Below are positions 17,171-25,362 of a stretch of DNA of 29,834 nt, piece after piece. The translations under genes and the position numbers were made by a program. The stretch is from a virus. The stretch's first letter is position 1. Every line of letters begins with the position of its first letter. The notes beneath the pieces were generated by a model. That model did no database searches, was not told where the DNA came from, and saw only the letters and a list, made by a program, of their open reading frames with translations. The stretch lies in IMG/VR virus record IMGVR_UViG_2889178456_000001, one strand, 5' to 3'.

Positions 17171-17221
17171 GCTTGCATCATTGACGCTCAACAGGACGCC
17201 TATTGATCCTATAAGCGCAGT

Positions 17222-17548
17222 TTAGATAGCGAGTTCTTCTACGTTCTTACCCGCTTCTTCGTGCTCTCTGATCCAAGTCGGCTTGCGACCCTTACCAGTC
17301 CAGGTTTTCTCAGGGTTTTCCGGATGGCGATACTTAGGCTCACCTTTGGTCCCCTTCGTTTTGCTCAAGGAGCCATCGCCCATTAGGTCTTTGAGGGACA
17401 TGCCGTGCTCAGCCGCAGCAGCTTTAGCAGCGTCCAGGGCTTCTTTGCGGCGGCGTGCTTCAACTGTCTTCAGAGCCTTGTCGACATCCTTGCGGTGCGC
17501 GACCAGTTCATCGTGAGACATCTTGTCGAGATTAATGTCGTTCGCCAT
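17222..17548 (-). CDS. hns: H-NS family nucleoid protein (alphaproteobacterial HvrA/Spb type)
   Basis: N-terminal coiled coil INLDKMSHDELV; DNA-binding motif PKYRHPENPEKTWTGKGRKPTW; AAAGGAG RBS. Confidence 0.92.
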   Translation of the reverse strand: MANDINLDKMSHDELVAHRKDVDKALKTVEARRRKEALDAAKAAAAEHGMSLKDLMGDGSLSKTKGTKGEPKYRHPENPEKTWTGKGRKPTWIREHEEAGKNVEELAI

Positions 17549-17738
17549 TGAGTTCTCCTTTGCTCGTTACAGCGTTTCTATAAGCCTTAAAAAAGGGTTA
17601 ATGCAAAGGATGTCAACTTCCTTTTGAAGTTTTTTACAATTCTTTATCCGATTTTCTGGTATCTATGTGAAAAAGGACAGCATTTTTTCTCGTAACTTTC
17701 AGACATAAATCGCACGTTAACTTGTGTAAGGTAGTCTT

Positions 17739-17810
17739 ACCTCTGAGCCTGAGGCTCTATTGTGTGTGTCCGAGAAGGGGAGTGAGGTGAAAGCTTTACT
17801 CCCCTTTTTC
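17739..17810 (+). ncRNA. Candidate small RNA or attenuator divergent from hns
   Basis: Small hairpin GAGCC-TGA-GGCTC, G/U-rich linker TTGTGTGTGT, then a 13-bp terminator stem with a U-tract; no plus-strand ORF upstream. The 5' end is approximate. Confidence 0.35.
17775..17809 (+). terminator. Strong intrinsic terminator
   Basis: AAGGGGAGTGAGG-TGAAAG-CTTTACTCCCCTT-TTT; the two non-Watson-Crick pairs are G-U wobbles on the plus strand. Confidence 0.75.
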
Positions 17811-17874
17811 GTCTCTTTCATAAAGTTCGCGTACATGAAGCTTAGCGACATCCCAGCATAGGTGAGTTGAGGTA

Positions 17875-18765
17875 ATGAGTTCTGAGATATCTAATTTCGA
17901 GACCCTTGATGGTTTTGTTGGCAGCGACAGCATCGGTGTCTCTATACGCAGTGACGCGACTCCAATCCCGACATCGGCTGAGCGCATTCGGGATAAAATC
18001 AAGTCAGTAAACGAAAAATCACGCACGGTCGGGAAGAAGATCGGGGAGATCTCTATCAAGGCCTATGTAATGACGACAGTCATCCTTATGAGCGGGAGTG
18101 CTGGCCTCGTATATGATCGCATGGCCAACCCTAACTATCAGGAAGTTTCCCCATCAGGTGCTCTTTTGGAAGCTGCAATTGCCGTTGGAGGGCAGCTTGG
18201 TGTTGTGGCACTTCGGGAAGCTGAGCAGATGAATTCTCGTGAGAGTAGAAGTGAAGATTCCTCCACATCTCTTCCTGTTCCCAAAAAAGATTTCGACTTA
18301 GGCCTGCTAAATCTCATTTCAAGAGAGGGTAGCGAAATTATTACTGGCCCAATTGGCGCAAGCCTTATGGCCTATGGCATGACCTATTCTACTGAAGGTG
18401 GCTGGTCCCAGACCGTGGATCCCACGCCTCTGGCTGCCTCGCTGCCAACGCCTGAGGATATCGCCACTCTAATGTACGACACTGCTTCCTATATGGGCGT
18501 TGCTTCAGATCACGAGCGGGTCATTAATGTCATTGGCAGTACACTTTCCCAGGTTATCAATATGAGCCAGCTGTGTGGCAATACCGTAGACTGTCCACCA
18601 GTGGCGCACCCGATCAAGACGACTGAGGGCAATGGCATGGTTGTCGTATTCCAAGGTGAGGCGCGATCATTCTCCGATTTCAGTGAGGGCGTTTTGTATC
18701 TGGAAGAAAGCGGCTGGACCGAAGCCCACGACGCGTCATGGGATGCTTCCCCAGCGCTGCGCTGA
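17875..18765 (+). CDS. Single-pass membrane hypothetical protein; tail WDASPALR
   Basis: 296 aa; GAGGT RBS; TM AYVMTTVILMSGSAGLVY. Confidence 0.8.
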   Translation: MSSEISNFETLDGFVGSDSIGVSIRSDATPIPTSAERIRDKIKSVNEKSRTVGKKIGEISIKAYVMTTVILMSGSAGLVYDRMANPNYQEVSPSGALLEAAIAVGGQLGVVALREAEQMNSRESRSEDSSTSLPVPKKDFDLGLLNLISREGSEIITGPIGASLMAYGMTYSTEGGWSQTVDPTPLAASLPTPEDIATLMYDTASYMGVASDHERVINVIGSTLSQVINMSQLCGNTVDCPPVAHPIKTTEGNGMVVVFQGEARSFSDFSEGVLYLEESGWTEAHDASWDASPALR

Positions 18766-18905
18766 TACCTTCCAAAAATAATTAAATTTATCCTTGATTA
18801 CTGAAATCTTCCTGTTATCAGTCCTTTCAGAAGATCATTTATTCTTGTGGGTTGCGCCGGTTGCGGCAAATTTAACAAGGAAAGCAAAACACTTTGAGGC
18901 AGATC

Positions 18906-19466
18906 ATGGATATTGAGACAGTAACCCAACCATATTTTTTCACACGTGACGACCTGATGGGTCAGATCAACGACCGCAACTGCAAGACGCGCGCGGTAGG
19001 CAACTACCCAGAAGGCACAACTGTTTTGATGCCACTCGAGCACGGCGGATGTGCCCTCATGTTCCTACGCGAAGACGAGGAAGTTGCTGAGTTCATCTGC
19101 GCAGGTAATTTCGGAAGCTGGCTCAAGACATATGCAGAAGCCTGGATCGTGAACACAGAAACCCACTATGAGGCTGATGGCGGCCCCGAGGTGGCACTGA
19201 CCGCTGAGATCTTCCAGGTCGCATGTGAGAATGGCCTGTCTGTCTGCATGGGTGGAAACGAAAAGCCCCTGCTGATGGTGATGTCCGAGCAGGAAAGCTC
19301 ATTTGGAACCAGCACAGTCCATGTTGAAGCATTCGATATCAGCGCGATCAACGATGTCGTAGGCGAGCAGGTTGTTGATTTCGATACTCTGCCTTCTCCC
19401 GAGGCCGATGCGGAGTTTTCAGCCGCCTTCGATACTGAGCCTGAGCAGATGGGTTTCGGCTTCTAA
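18906..19466 (+). CDS. Very acidic hypothetical protein; tail EPEQMGFGF
   Basis: GAGG RBS before ATG 18906 (MDIETV); followed by a terminator. Confidence 0.8.
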   Translation: MDIETVTQPYFFTRDDLMGQINDRNCKTRAVGNYPEGTTVLMPLEHGGCALMFLREDEEVAEFICAGNFGSWLKTYAEAWIVNTETHYEADGGPEVALTAEIFQVACENGLSVCMGGNEKPLLMVMSEQESSFGTSTVHVEAFDISAINDVVGEQVVDFDTLPSPEADAEFSAAFDTEPEQMGFGF

Positions 19467-19491
19467 GGAAATCACCTAATCCAAAAATATG

Positions 19492-19522
19492 AAGGGCGTC
19501 CACTTTTGTGAGCGCCCTTTTT
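19492..19522. terminator. Intrinsic terminator
   Basis: AAGGGCGTCCAC-TTTT-GTGAGCGCCCTTTTT. Confidence 0.75.
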
Positions 19523-19532
19523 CTTTGTCACC

Positions 19533-19684
19533 TCAAGTGTTCGGTTGGTATTCGCCACACCACTCGTCGACATTCTTAGGATAGCGACGGCACCTTCCTA
19601 GGGTCGAACCCTCGCGCACCTCCAAGAAAAAAATCGGCAGTTACCGCACGCCTCTTGCGCTTCAGCTTTTTCCTGATTCCGTAT
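19533..19684 (-). pseudogene. Frameshifted Cys4 zinc-binding miniprotein (CxxC...CRRYP...WCGE type)
   Basis: Frame A reads (ATA)RNQEKAEAQEACGNCRFF; after a -1 shift in the T7 run (19627-19633), frame B reads FLEVREGSTLGRCRRYPKNVDEWCGEYQPNT*. Confidence 0.6.
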
Positions 19685-20055
19685 TAGAAATTGATCCCAT
19701 CAATTTTAGGGAGGACGGCGCCTGCTTCGAATTTGGTGGCATCAAGACCGACAAACTCACCGCTCAGCGTCGAGAAGACAAACACCACATGGGCGGCATC
19801 ATGTTTTGCGGAGAACGTCGTCTGGCAAGGGCCCCGTTTCTTGGACACCTTCTCAAATCCGTTCTCGGTCAGGTATTCCATCATATCAGTCGTGTCGATC
19901 TCCGCCTGGCGTAGATACTGGCCGGTCACCGGATTAATGACGTTCAGGCAGCGCGACGGATGCGAGACTTCATTGCTGATTACGAAGGTAGGAGCAGACG
20001 AGGCCGCAGTTGCTGTCACGAAAGACAGCACGGTAGCTACAATGAGCTTTTTCAT
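19684..20055 (-). CDS. Secreted hypothetical protein
   Basis: Signal peptide MKKLIVATVLSFVTATAASS|A; two Cys; AAGGG RBS. Confidence 0.8.
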   Translation of the reverse strand: MKKLIVATVLSFVTATAASSAPTFVISNEVSHPSRCLNVINPVTGQYLRQAEIDTTDMMEYLTENGFEKVSKKRGPCQTTFSAKHDAAHVVFVFSTLSGEFVGLDATKFEAGAVLPKIDGINF

Positions 20056-20155
20056 TAAATGATACCCTTTATTTGGATTTCCTTATGGATACCAAATACA
20101 GAACCAAGAGTAAACTAGATACCGCCTGCACTAGTCATGTATTCAAATAAATAGA

Positions 20156-20184
20156 TTGACCTCATAATCATGTCGAAATAGTAT
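20156..20184 (+). promoter_or_regulatory. sigma70-like promoter for the 20209 gene
   Basis: TTGACC-N17-TAGTAT; the spacer contains TAATCATG. Confidence 0.65.
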
Positions 20185-20208
20185 TTAAGCAATAAAGGAG
20201 GCGACCCA

Positions 20209-20589
20209 ATGAAACTCAAAAAGAATATCGAAGGTATCCTTGTTGGTACCGGCTCCACAAAGGAAAAGGTCGCCGCCATCACAGCAATGATCCCTGATTT
20301 CTTGTTGGAAGACTGTGGTCGAAATCACGTTAAACACCCCGTCGGTTCGGGAACGCGCCAGTTCACATCTCACGACGGATCGAGCGCCTCTCCGACGAAA
20401 GGAGACCATTACGGCATTATCGCCATCGACCGATGGGGTGTGGAGCACGCATCCAAACAATGTGACATCCCTCATTCCGCTTGGGCCTGGGAAGATATCA
20501 CCCTATGGCGCTATGATGACCCTACAAACATCGAAATGATGGCCAACCAGATTGCAGAATTGCAAGATCAAGCGTCAAAGACCGCATAG
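20209..20589 (+). CDS. Hypothetical protein
   Basis: 126 aa; strong AAGGAGG RBS. Confidence 0.8.
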   Translation: MKLKKNIEGILVGTGSTKEKVAAITAMIPDFLLEDCGRNHVKHPVGSGTRQFTSHDGSSASPTKGDHYGIIAIDRWGVEHASKQCDIPHSAWAWEDITLWRYDDPTNIEMMANQIAELQDQASKTA

Positions 20590-20593
20590 CATC

Positions 20594-20734
20594 ATGCTCA
20601 AGAAAATTCTCAACCTTATGCTACCACGCGAACCCGGAACTACGTACTTCGGTGAAGCAGAAGGCGCACTTCGATTTCTTATTCTTGGCACAGTAGCTTC
20701 TGTATGCGCTGCTGTGTATTATTTCACGACATAG
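20594..20734 (+). CDS. Small membrane protein (46 aa)
   Basis: ATG 4 nt after the upstream stop; C-terminal TM FLILGTVASVCAAVYYF. Confidence 0.55.
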   Translation: MLKKILNLMLPREPGTTYFGEAEGALRFLILGTVASVCAAVYYFTT

Positions 20735-20800
20735 GATAGGGAAGTTTTGGCTGAGGGCCCTTTCTCGCTATCTCCAAGATGAAGGCCCCCAGCGCCCATC

Positions 20801-21586
20801 TCAGGGGCTTGGAGACGTAGCTTCCTGATCGGACACACGCTTATCCATCAGCTCTTTGATAGGAGCTGTTAGATCTTCCATCTCATCTTCCCGAATTGGC
20901 ATTTTGCCACCCTCAGGAATTCTCTTCAGGCTATCGAAGTCCGGCTTCGGATAGGCCAATTCTAGCATGCGGTTGTAAACCTTCTCGAAGAGAACGGCAT
21001 CACAGATGAATGTAAAATCAGGCTTCGACTTCCTGTAGGGCTTGTACTGAAGCGCAAAAGGCTCACCCTCGTAGTAGACAACACGAGTCCCGACTGGCGT
21101 ATCGGAACAGAGCCATGCGCTCACCGATTTCGTGGTAAACCAATCCCGCAGCCCAGCTTCGGATGGCAGATACTCGAATTCAGTTCCATCACGGAAGCCC
21201 ATTGCTTCGGCAAGATAGTAGATATCAGGTTCACCTTCGACTTCCTGGTCCACTAGCGCCTCGAGAACCTCAGGCACTTCAGGGTTTCCTGCTTTGGCGT
21301 AGGCGATCAGCTCATGGTACGCGGGGCGATCCTCGGCCACCAGATATTCGTGGCCATCCTCACCTTCGACAAAGCGCCACTCGATATTATCGAAGACGAA
21401 ATGGGTAATGGAAGAACTCTCAATCACCTGCAAGTCGTGCTTCTTGCCATGCTCGATGTAAGCCGCCCAATCAGCGACAGGATCGCCAGTCATGAAGCGC
21501 ACTTCATTGTCCGGACCCTTGAGAACGATGCCTCTATAGGTATCTCGGACGCCTTCATCATAATCAATCGAAAGGTTATACGTCAT
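20801..21586 (-). CDS. Phage/plasmid-type hypothetical protein, probably two domains; tail DQEATSPSP
   Basis: AAGGA RBS; the C-terminal half carries WLCSDTPVG...RKS, a WxCTDTxVG-like motif recalled from phage hypotheticals. Confidence 0.8.
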   Translation of the reverse strand: MTYNLSIDYDEGVRDTYRGIVLKGPDNEVRFMTGDPVADWAAYIEHGKKHDLQVIESSSITHFVFDNIEWRFVEGEDGHEYLVAEDRPAYHELIAYAKAGNPEVPEVLEALVDQEVEGEPDIYYLAEAMGFRDGTEFEYLPSEAGLRDWFTTKSVSAWLCSDTPVGTRVVYYEGEPFALQYKPYRKSKPDFTFICDAVLFEKVYNRMLELAYPKPDFDSLKRIPEGGKMPIREDEMEDLTAPIKELMDKRVSDQEATSPSP

Positions 21587-21636
21587 AATTTCGTTTCCTT
21601 ATAAAATTGGCTGGTGACCCTCAGGGCCAAAATAAA

Positions 21637-22494
21637 TTAGGCGATCTTCAGCAGTACGGCCGTGGCATCGTCGTATTGCTTCGTGCGGGGCGCCTTGCTC
21701 AGAAGTGCGTCCTCATCCTCAAATTGTCTCAGGGAGCGAATAAGCTCTTCCGGATCGCCGTTCTCCAACTTACTGACAGCGGATGCGACCGTCTCCAGGC
21801 CATAGCTCTCGAACAGAGCATAGAAGCCATCTGAGGCCAAAAGAACTCGATCACCACTTTTGAGTTTCATGTCTCGCCTCGTCGCGAAGATCCAGGGATC
21901 ATCATTCGGCGTAAGAGTATGGTATCCGGTTGGGGTGTTTGCCCGAGACCTATTTTTGCGGATCGTGGGCAATGTCAACTCGCGGGCCTTGGCAACATCT
22001 CCAGTCTTGCGGATGTTCTCACTCATTTCTCTGATAGCGATCTGGTCGAGCTGCTCTAGGACGTCTGGCTTGAAGACCTTTTCCGTCGAGCCGTCACGAC
22101 GAACAATATAGGCCTGGCAGTCAGCAAGCTGATAGAAGCTATAGAGGCCACCTCCGGCGGGCTCGATAAAGACCATTCCCGATGATGGGATTGTATGAGG
22201 GGCGTGGTCCGGCCTGTCGTAATTTTCGCCAACCTTCTTTACGGCCGCACTCAGCTTATCGATAAACGTATCGCCTTCTGCCCCACCCAGATGAAAGAAA
22301 ACCTGGGACAGCAACCAGTTTGCGTCCTGATAGCCAGTCTCGGCACCACTAACCAAACCTGTGGCACCATCGAAGACCCCTACCCCATCACTGGAGTAAA
22401 GCACGCGGTCCTCACTGATCATCTTTGCTGGGCTGGTGGTTGTCACAGTCCTCAGAAGCTGCAATCCGCTCTTCGTGGTGCTGGATGTGGTCAT
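21637..22494 (-). CDS. PP2C/SpoIIE-like metal-dependent phosphatase
   Basis: Motifs SEDR, VFDGATG, LADC, LLASDGF, YDDATAV. Confidence 0.85.
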   Translation of the reverse strand: MTTSSTTKSGLQLLRTVTTTSPAKMISEDRVLYSSDGVGVFDGATGLVSGAETGYQDANWLLSQVFFHLGGAEGDTFIDKLSAAVKKVGENYDRPDHAPHTIPSSGMVFIEPAGGGLYSFYQLADCQAYIVRRDGSTEKVFKPDVLEQLDQIAIREMSENIRKTGDVAKARELTLPTIRKNRSRANTPTGYHTLTPNDDPWIFATRRDMKLKSGDRVLLASDGFYALFESYGLETVASAVSKLENGDPEELIRSLRQFEDEDALLSKAPRTKQYDDATAVLLKIA

Positions 22495-22510
22495 ATTAGG
22501 TTCTTTCTAC

Positions 22511-23392
22511 TTATGGGGTCGGGGAAGATGGCTCTTCATCCATCTCATCGCGCTCGTAGATGCGCCGACCGACTTCATTGATCTCGCTCATAAGGTCGAC
22601 AGAGAAATCGTCGGAGGCCATCATCTGAGGCGCATACTGGATTGCCATAGCATCCATATTGGTTTGCATGATCATCATCTCAGCCGCCGCTTCGATCATG
22701 TCCTTGAAACGAGGCTCATCGATATCATGGCCATTTTGAAGGCTTACAGTGATGATACCCATAATGCTCGCTGGCGATGGCCCTGTTTGCCCATGAACGC
22801 GCACCGAACCACCCGAGCTTGCACTGGCAAACCAGAAGTCCGCAGATTTGCTTGCGGGGTCGGTCACCTGTTCAAACGGTTTAAGCTCCGCCCGCTGCAA
22901 GCAATAGGCCCGGATTTCTTCCGCCATTTGTGTTGGTGTCTTTTTCTTGCCAGGCATGAAGGGCGCGTACTTGGATTTCACCATCAACTGATAGGCCTTC
23001 TCATGCATTGCCATGAGACCCACAGAAGCATCTTCCCGATGAAGGTGGTTCCGGTACATAGGATGGTTATCTGGAAGCTTTAGCTCTCCTTTGGACACCG
23101 CCCTAAACACGGCCTCCAAGGTAAGCTCATCATCATATTCTTCTTCCCAGAACTCAGACAGCTCCATAAGAAAACGATCAATGCGCCAGTCGCCCTCCTC
23201 ATCACGAGGATAGAAGTCGGTGTAGTCCTCGTAACTCATCGGGATCGGAAAGCTGATGGGCGCCCAGCTATCAGTCGTATGCAGGAACCCGGAGGGGTGT
23301 TTGGTCTCGCTCACCGATTCACGCAGGAAGATCACCCGCACAGGCTGGAAGCTAAGAATCGGCGTACGCGTGATCGCACATGTCATATTCAT
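22511..23392 (-). CDS. Hypothetical protein; tail DEEPSSPTP
   Basis: 293 aa within a minus-strand operon; N-terminal TCAITRTPI motif. Confidence 0.8.
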   Translation of the reverse strand: MNMTCAITRTPILSFQPVRVIFLRESVSETKHPSGFLHTTDSWAPISFPIPMSYEDYTDFYPRDEEGDWRIDRFLMELSEFWEEEYDDELTLEAVFRAVSKGELKLPDNHPMYRNHLHREDASVGLMAMHEKAYQLMVKSKYAPFMPGKKKTPTQMAEEIRAYCLQRAELKPFEQVTDPASKSADFWFASASSGGSVRVHGQTGPSPASIMGIITVSLQNGHDIDEPRFKDMIEAAAEMMIMQTNMDAMAIQYAPQMMASDDFSVDLMSEINEVGRRIYERDEMDEEPSSPTP

Positions 23393-23412
23393 ATTATTGC
23401 TCTCGTCTGAGG

Positions 23413-24159
23413 TTATGGCGCTGGGGGCGTGAGTTCCACTTCAGGCTCAATGGACGCGAATACATCAAATTTTGCAGCAGCATCTTCGCTCTTTGGGCGG
23501 CAAATATTGAGATAGGCATCCTTCGCCTCTAGAGGGCTCACACCACGAACTTCCGTCACAGTCATCCTGCTTTCACGGAACATGTTTGCTGCCTTTTCTT
23601 GAGCCGCGATGCCAAGGTCGATGTCGGCTCGGGAATGACCCGCCGCTTCCATGTTGTTCGCCCACTCTCGCATATAGGCCATATCATCATTGATGAAGAC
23701 GCTTGCAGGGATCAGGAGCTTCTTACTCTTGCGAACCTCAACCATGTCATAGAAAGCGAACTGCTCTGTTTTGGGATCAAGCATCAATTCGGTGCCATCG
23801 AGCCAGGTTTCTTTTTCCATTTCGGATGGAGCCCAGACATCGCAGAGCCCATGACGCATCCAAAGTAGAGAGGTGAACCGGTTAATGCCATCAAGCAAAT
23901 ACGTATTGTGACCAGACGAGGGAAGGAAATTCAGCGGCCCCATAGACGGGAGAACACAGACACCGCTTTTGTCTTCGTCCTTAGGATGCCAGACAACGAC
24001 GTTGCCCATCGGGTAGCCCTTAAAGATGTTCTCGGCAAATGAGATTACATCACTTTTCGACCACGAGTATGGCTCCTGAAGATCTGCGGGAATGACTTCC
24101 GCACTGCTGATGTCGTCAAGGACTTCTTTTAGGCTACATGTGAAGAACTTGGGTTTCAT
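23413..24159 (-). CDS. DUF262 (GmrS/ParB-like) domain protein with degenerate motifs; tail EVELTPPAP
   Basis: IPADLQEPYSW (normally QR), IFKGYPMGNVVVW, YLLDGINRFTSL (normally DGQQR), YLNIC (normally FxxIN). Confidence 0.75.
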   Translation of the reverse strand: MKPKFFTCSLKEVLDDISSAEVIPADLQEPYSWSKSDVISFAENIFKGYPMGNVVVWHPKDEDKSGVCVLPSMGPLNFLPSSGHNTYLLDGINRFTSLLWMRHGLCDVWAPSEMEKETWLDGTELMLDPKTEQFAFYDMVEVRKSKKLLIPASVFINDDMAYMREWANNMEAAGHSRADIDLGIAAQEKAANMFRESRMTVTEVRGVSPLEAKDAYLNICRPKSEDAAAKFDVFASIEPEVELTPPAP

Positions 24160-24234
24160 ATTTTATGCTCTCTGATTACTCGTATGAAATGCCTGCTGCG
24201 GAAGCTTTAATCAAGTTTACTAGGATTTGCCACA

Positions 24235-24246
24235 GATTTATTCATG
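24235..24246. promoter_or_regulatory. Candidate operator GATTTATTCATG (copy 3)
   Basis: Exact 12-mer in the divergent DUF262/nadE intergenic region. Confidence 0.5.
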
Positions 24247-24342
24247 ATAACGGAATTTATATTGTAGACGATCAAGTAAAGCAATGTGTATACCTTATAA
24301 AAATGCAGATAGCATTTTACGAATAGCCATTAGGAAAACGAA

Positions 24343-25332
24343 ATGACAACAGAATTGCGCAATGACATCCTCGACCTTTCTCGGCAGGATAACCTAGGGG
24401 AACTCACCCCGTGGTTTTCCTGCACTCTTGATAACTATGTCCAACAGGGCCGGTATATGAATATCGATGGCCTTGATCAGCTCGGCAATGCGATCATTGA
24501 AGATCTGACCTGTTACCGTCGAGACAATCGCATTGAAACCGTCACCCTAGGCATGTCCGGTGGCGTTGATAGCGCTTTGACAGCAGCCCTGTTTAAAGCT
24601 GCGGGATGGCGCGTTATCGGTTACACGCTTCCGATCCTTCAAGATCCGGCAGAAACTGAGCGCGGTGTAGAGGCATGTAATGCGCTGGGCATCGAGCATT
24701 TTCACATCGACCTCACTCACCAGTATGAAACCATGCTCGTAGCGCTGAGTGGGCACGATCAGCGCCCTGCGGAAAGCACAAAAGAAGCCTCGAACATCCA
24801 GCGCGGTAATATTCGGGCGCGGCTAAGAATGACCACTCTGTACGATCAGGCGCATCGTTATGGCGGGCTGGTTGCTTCCACAGATAACTACTCCGAACTC
24901 GCGGCCGGTTTCTGGACATTGCACGGTGATGTCGGCGATCTCGCCCCTATTCAGTCTCTTTTGAAATCATGGGAGGTACCTGCCCTATCTCGTGCAGTTG
25001 GTGTTCCCGAAAGCACTTGGCGGGCGACCCCTACGGATGGATTGGGAATTTCAGATGGCGATGAGGCTCAATTGGGTGCGACCTACCTCCAGTGGGATCT
25101 TATGCTGCTGCGACTGACTGAGGCAGCAGGCAACCTCCCAGATGGCGGCAGTAAGGATTCCCTGGCGCAAGCGCTAGAGGTTGATGCAGACCCCAAAGCC
25201 CGAGAGGTATTTGAAGCAGTTACCAGCCGCATGGGGAGAACATGGTTCAAGAGAGCCGGGACCATCTGCCTGCCCCACAGTGTTGAACCAAGATTTGCGG
25301 ATTTGCAAGAATTGGACAGACTACTTCGATAA
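24343..25332 (+). CDS. nadE: NH3-dependent NAD+ synthetase
   Basis: PP-loop LGMSGGVDSAL, GNIRARLRM, STDNYSE, GFWTLHGDVGD, PTDGL, DEAQLG; no glutaminase domain. Confidence 0.9.
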   Translation: MTTELRNDILDLSRQDNLGELTPWFSCTLDNYVQQGRYMNIDGLDQLGNAIIEDLTCYRRDNRIETVTLGMSGGVDSALTAALFKAAGWRVIGYTLPILQDPAETERGVEACNALGIEHFHIDLTHQYETMLVALSGHDQRPAESTKEASNIQRGNIRARLRMTTLYDQAHRYGGLVASTDNYSELAAGFWTLHGDVGDLAPIQSLLKSWEVPALSRAVGVPESTWRATPTDGLGISDGDEAQLGATYLQWDLMLLRLTEAAGNLPDGGSKDSLAQALEVDADPKAREVFEAVTSRMGRTWFKRAGTICLPHSVEPRFADLQELDRLLR

Positions 25333-25362
25333 AATCAGGGTTATTCGATCCCACTAGAAGAC

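Noticed and set aside
19536-19624. tRNA-like 3' end AGGGTCGAACCCTCGCGCACCTCCA on the plus strand
   Set aside because: The T-loop is only 5 nt, the acceptor pairing has two mismatches and there is no anticodon arm. The opposite strand is better explained as the frameshifted Cys4 gene.
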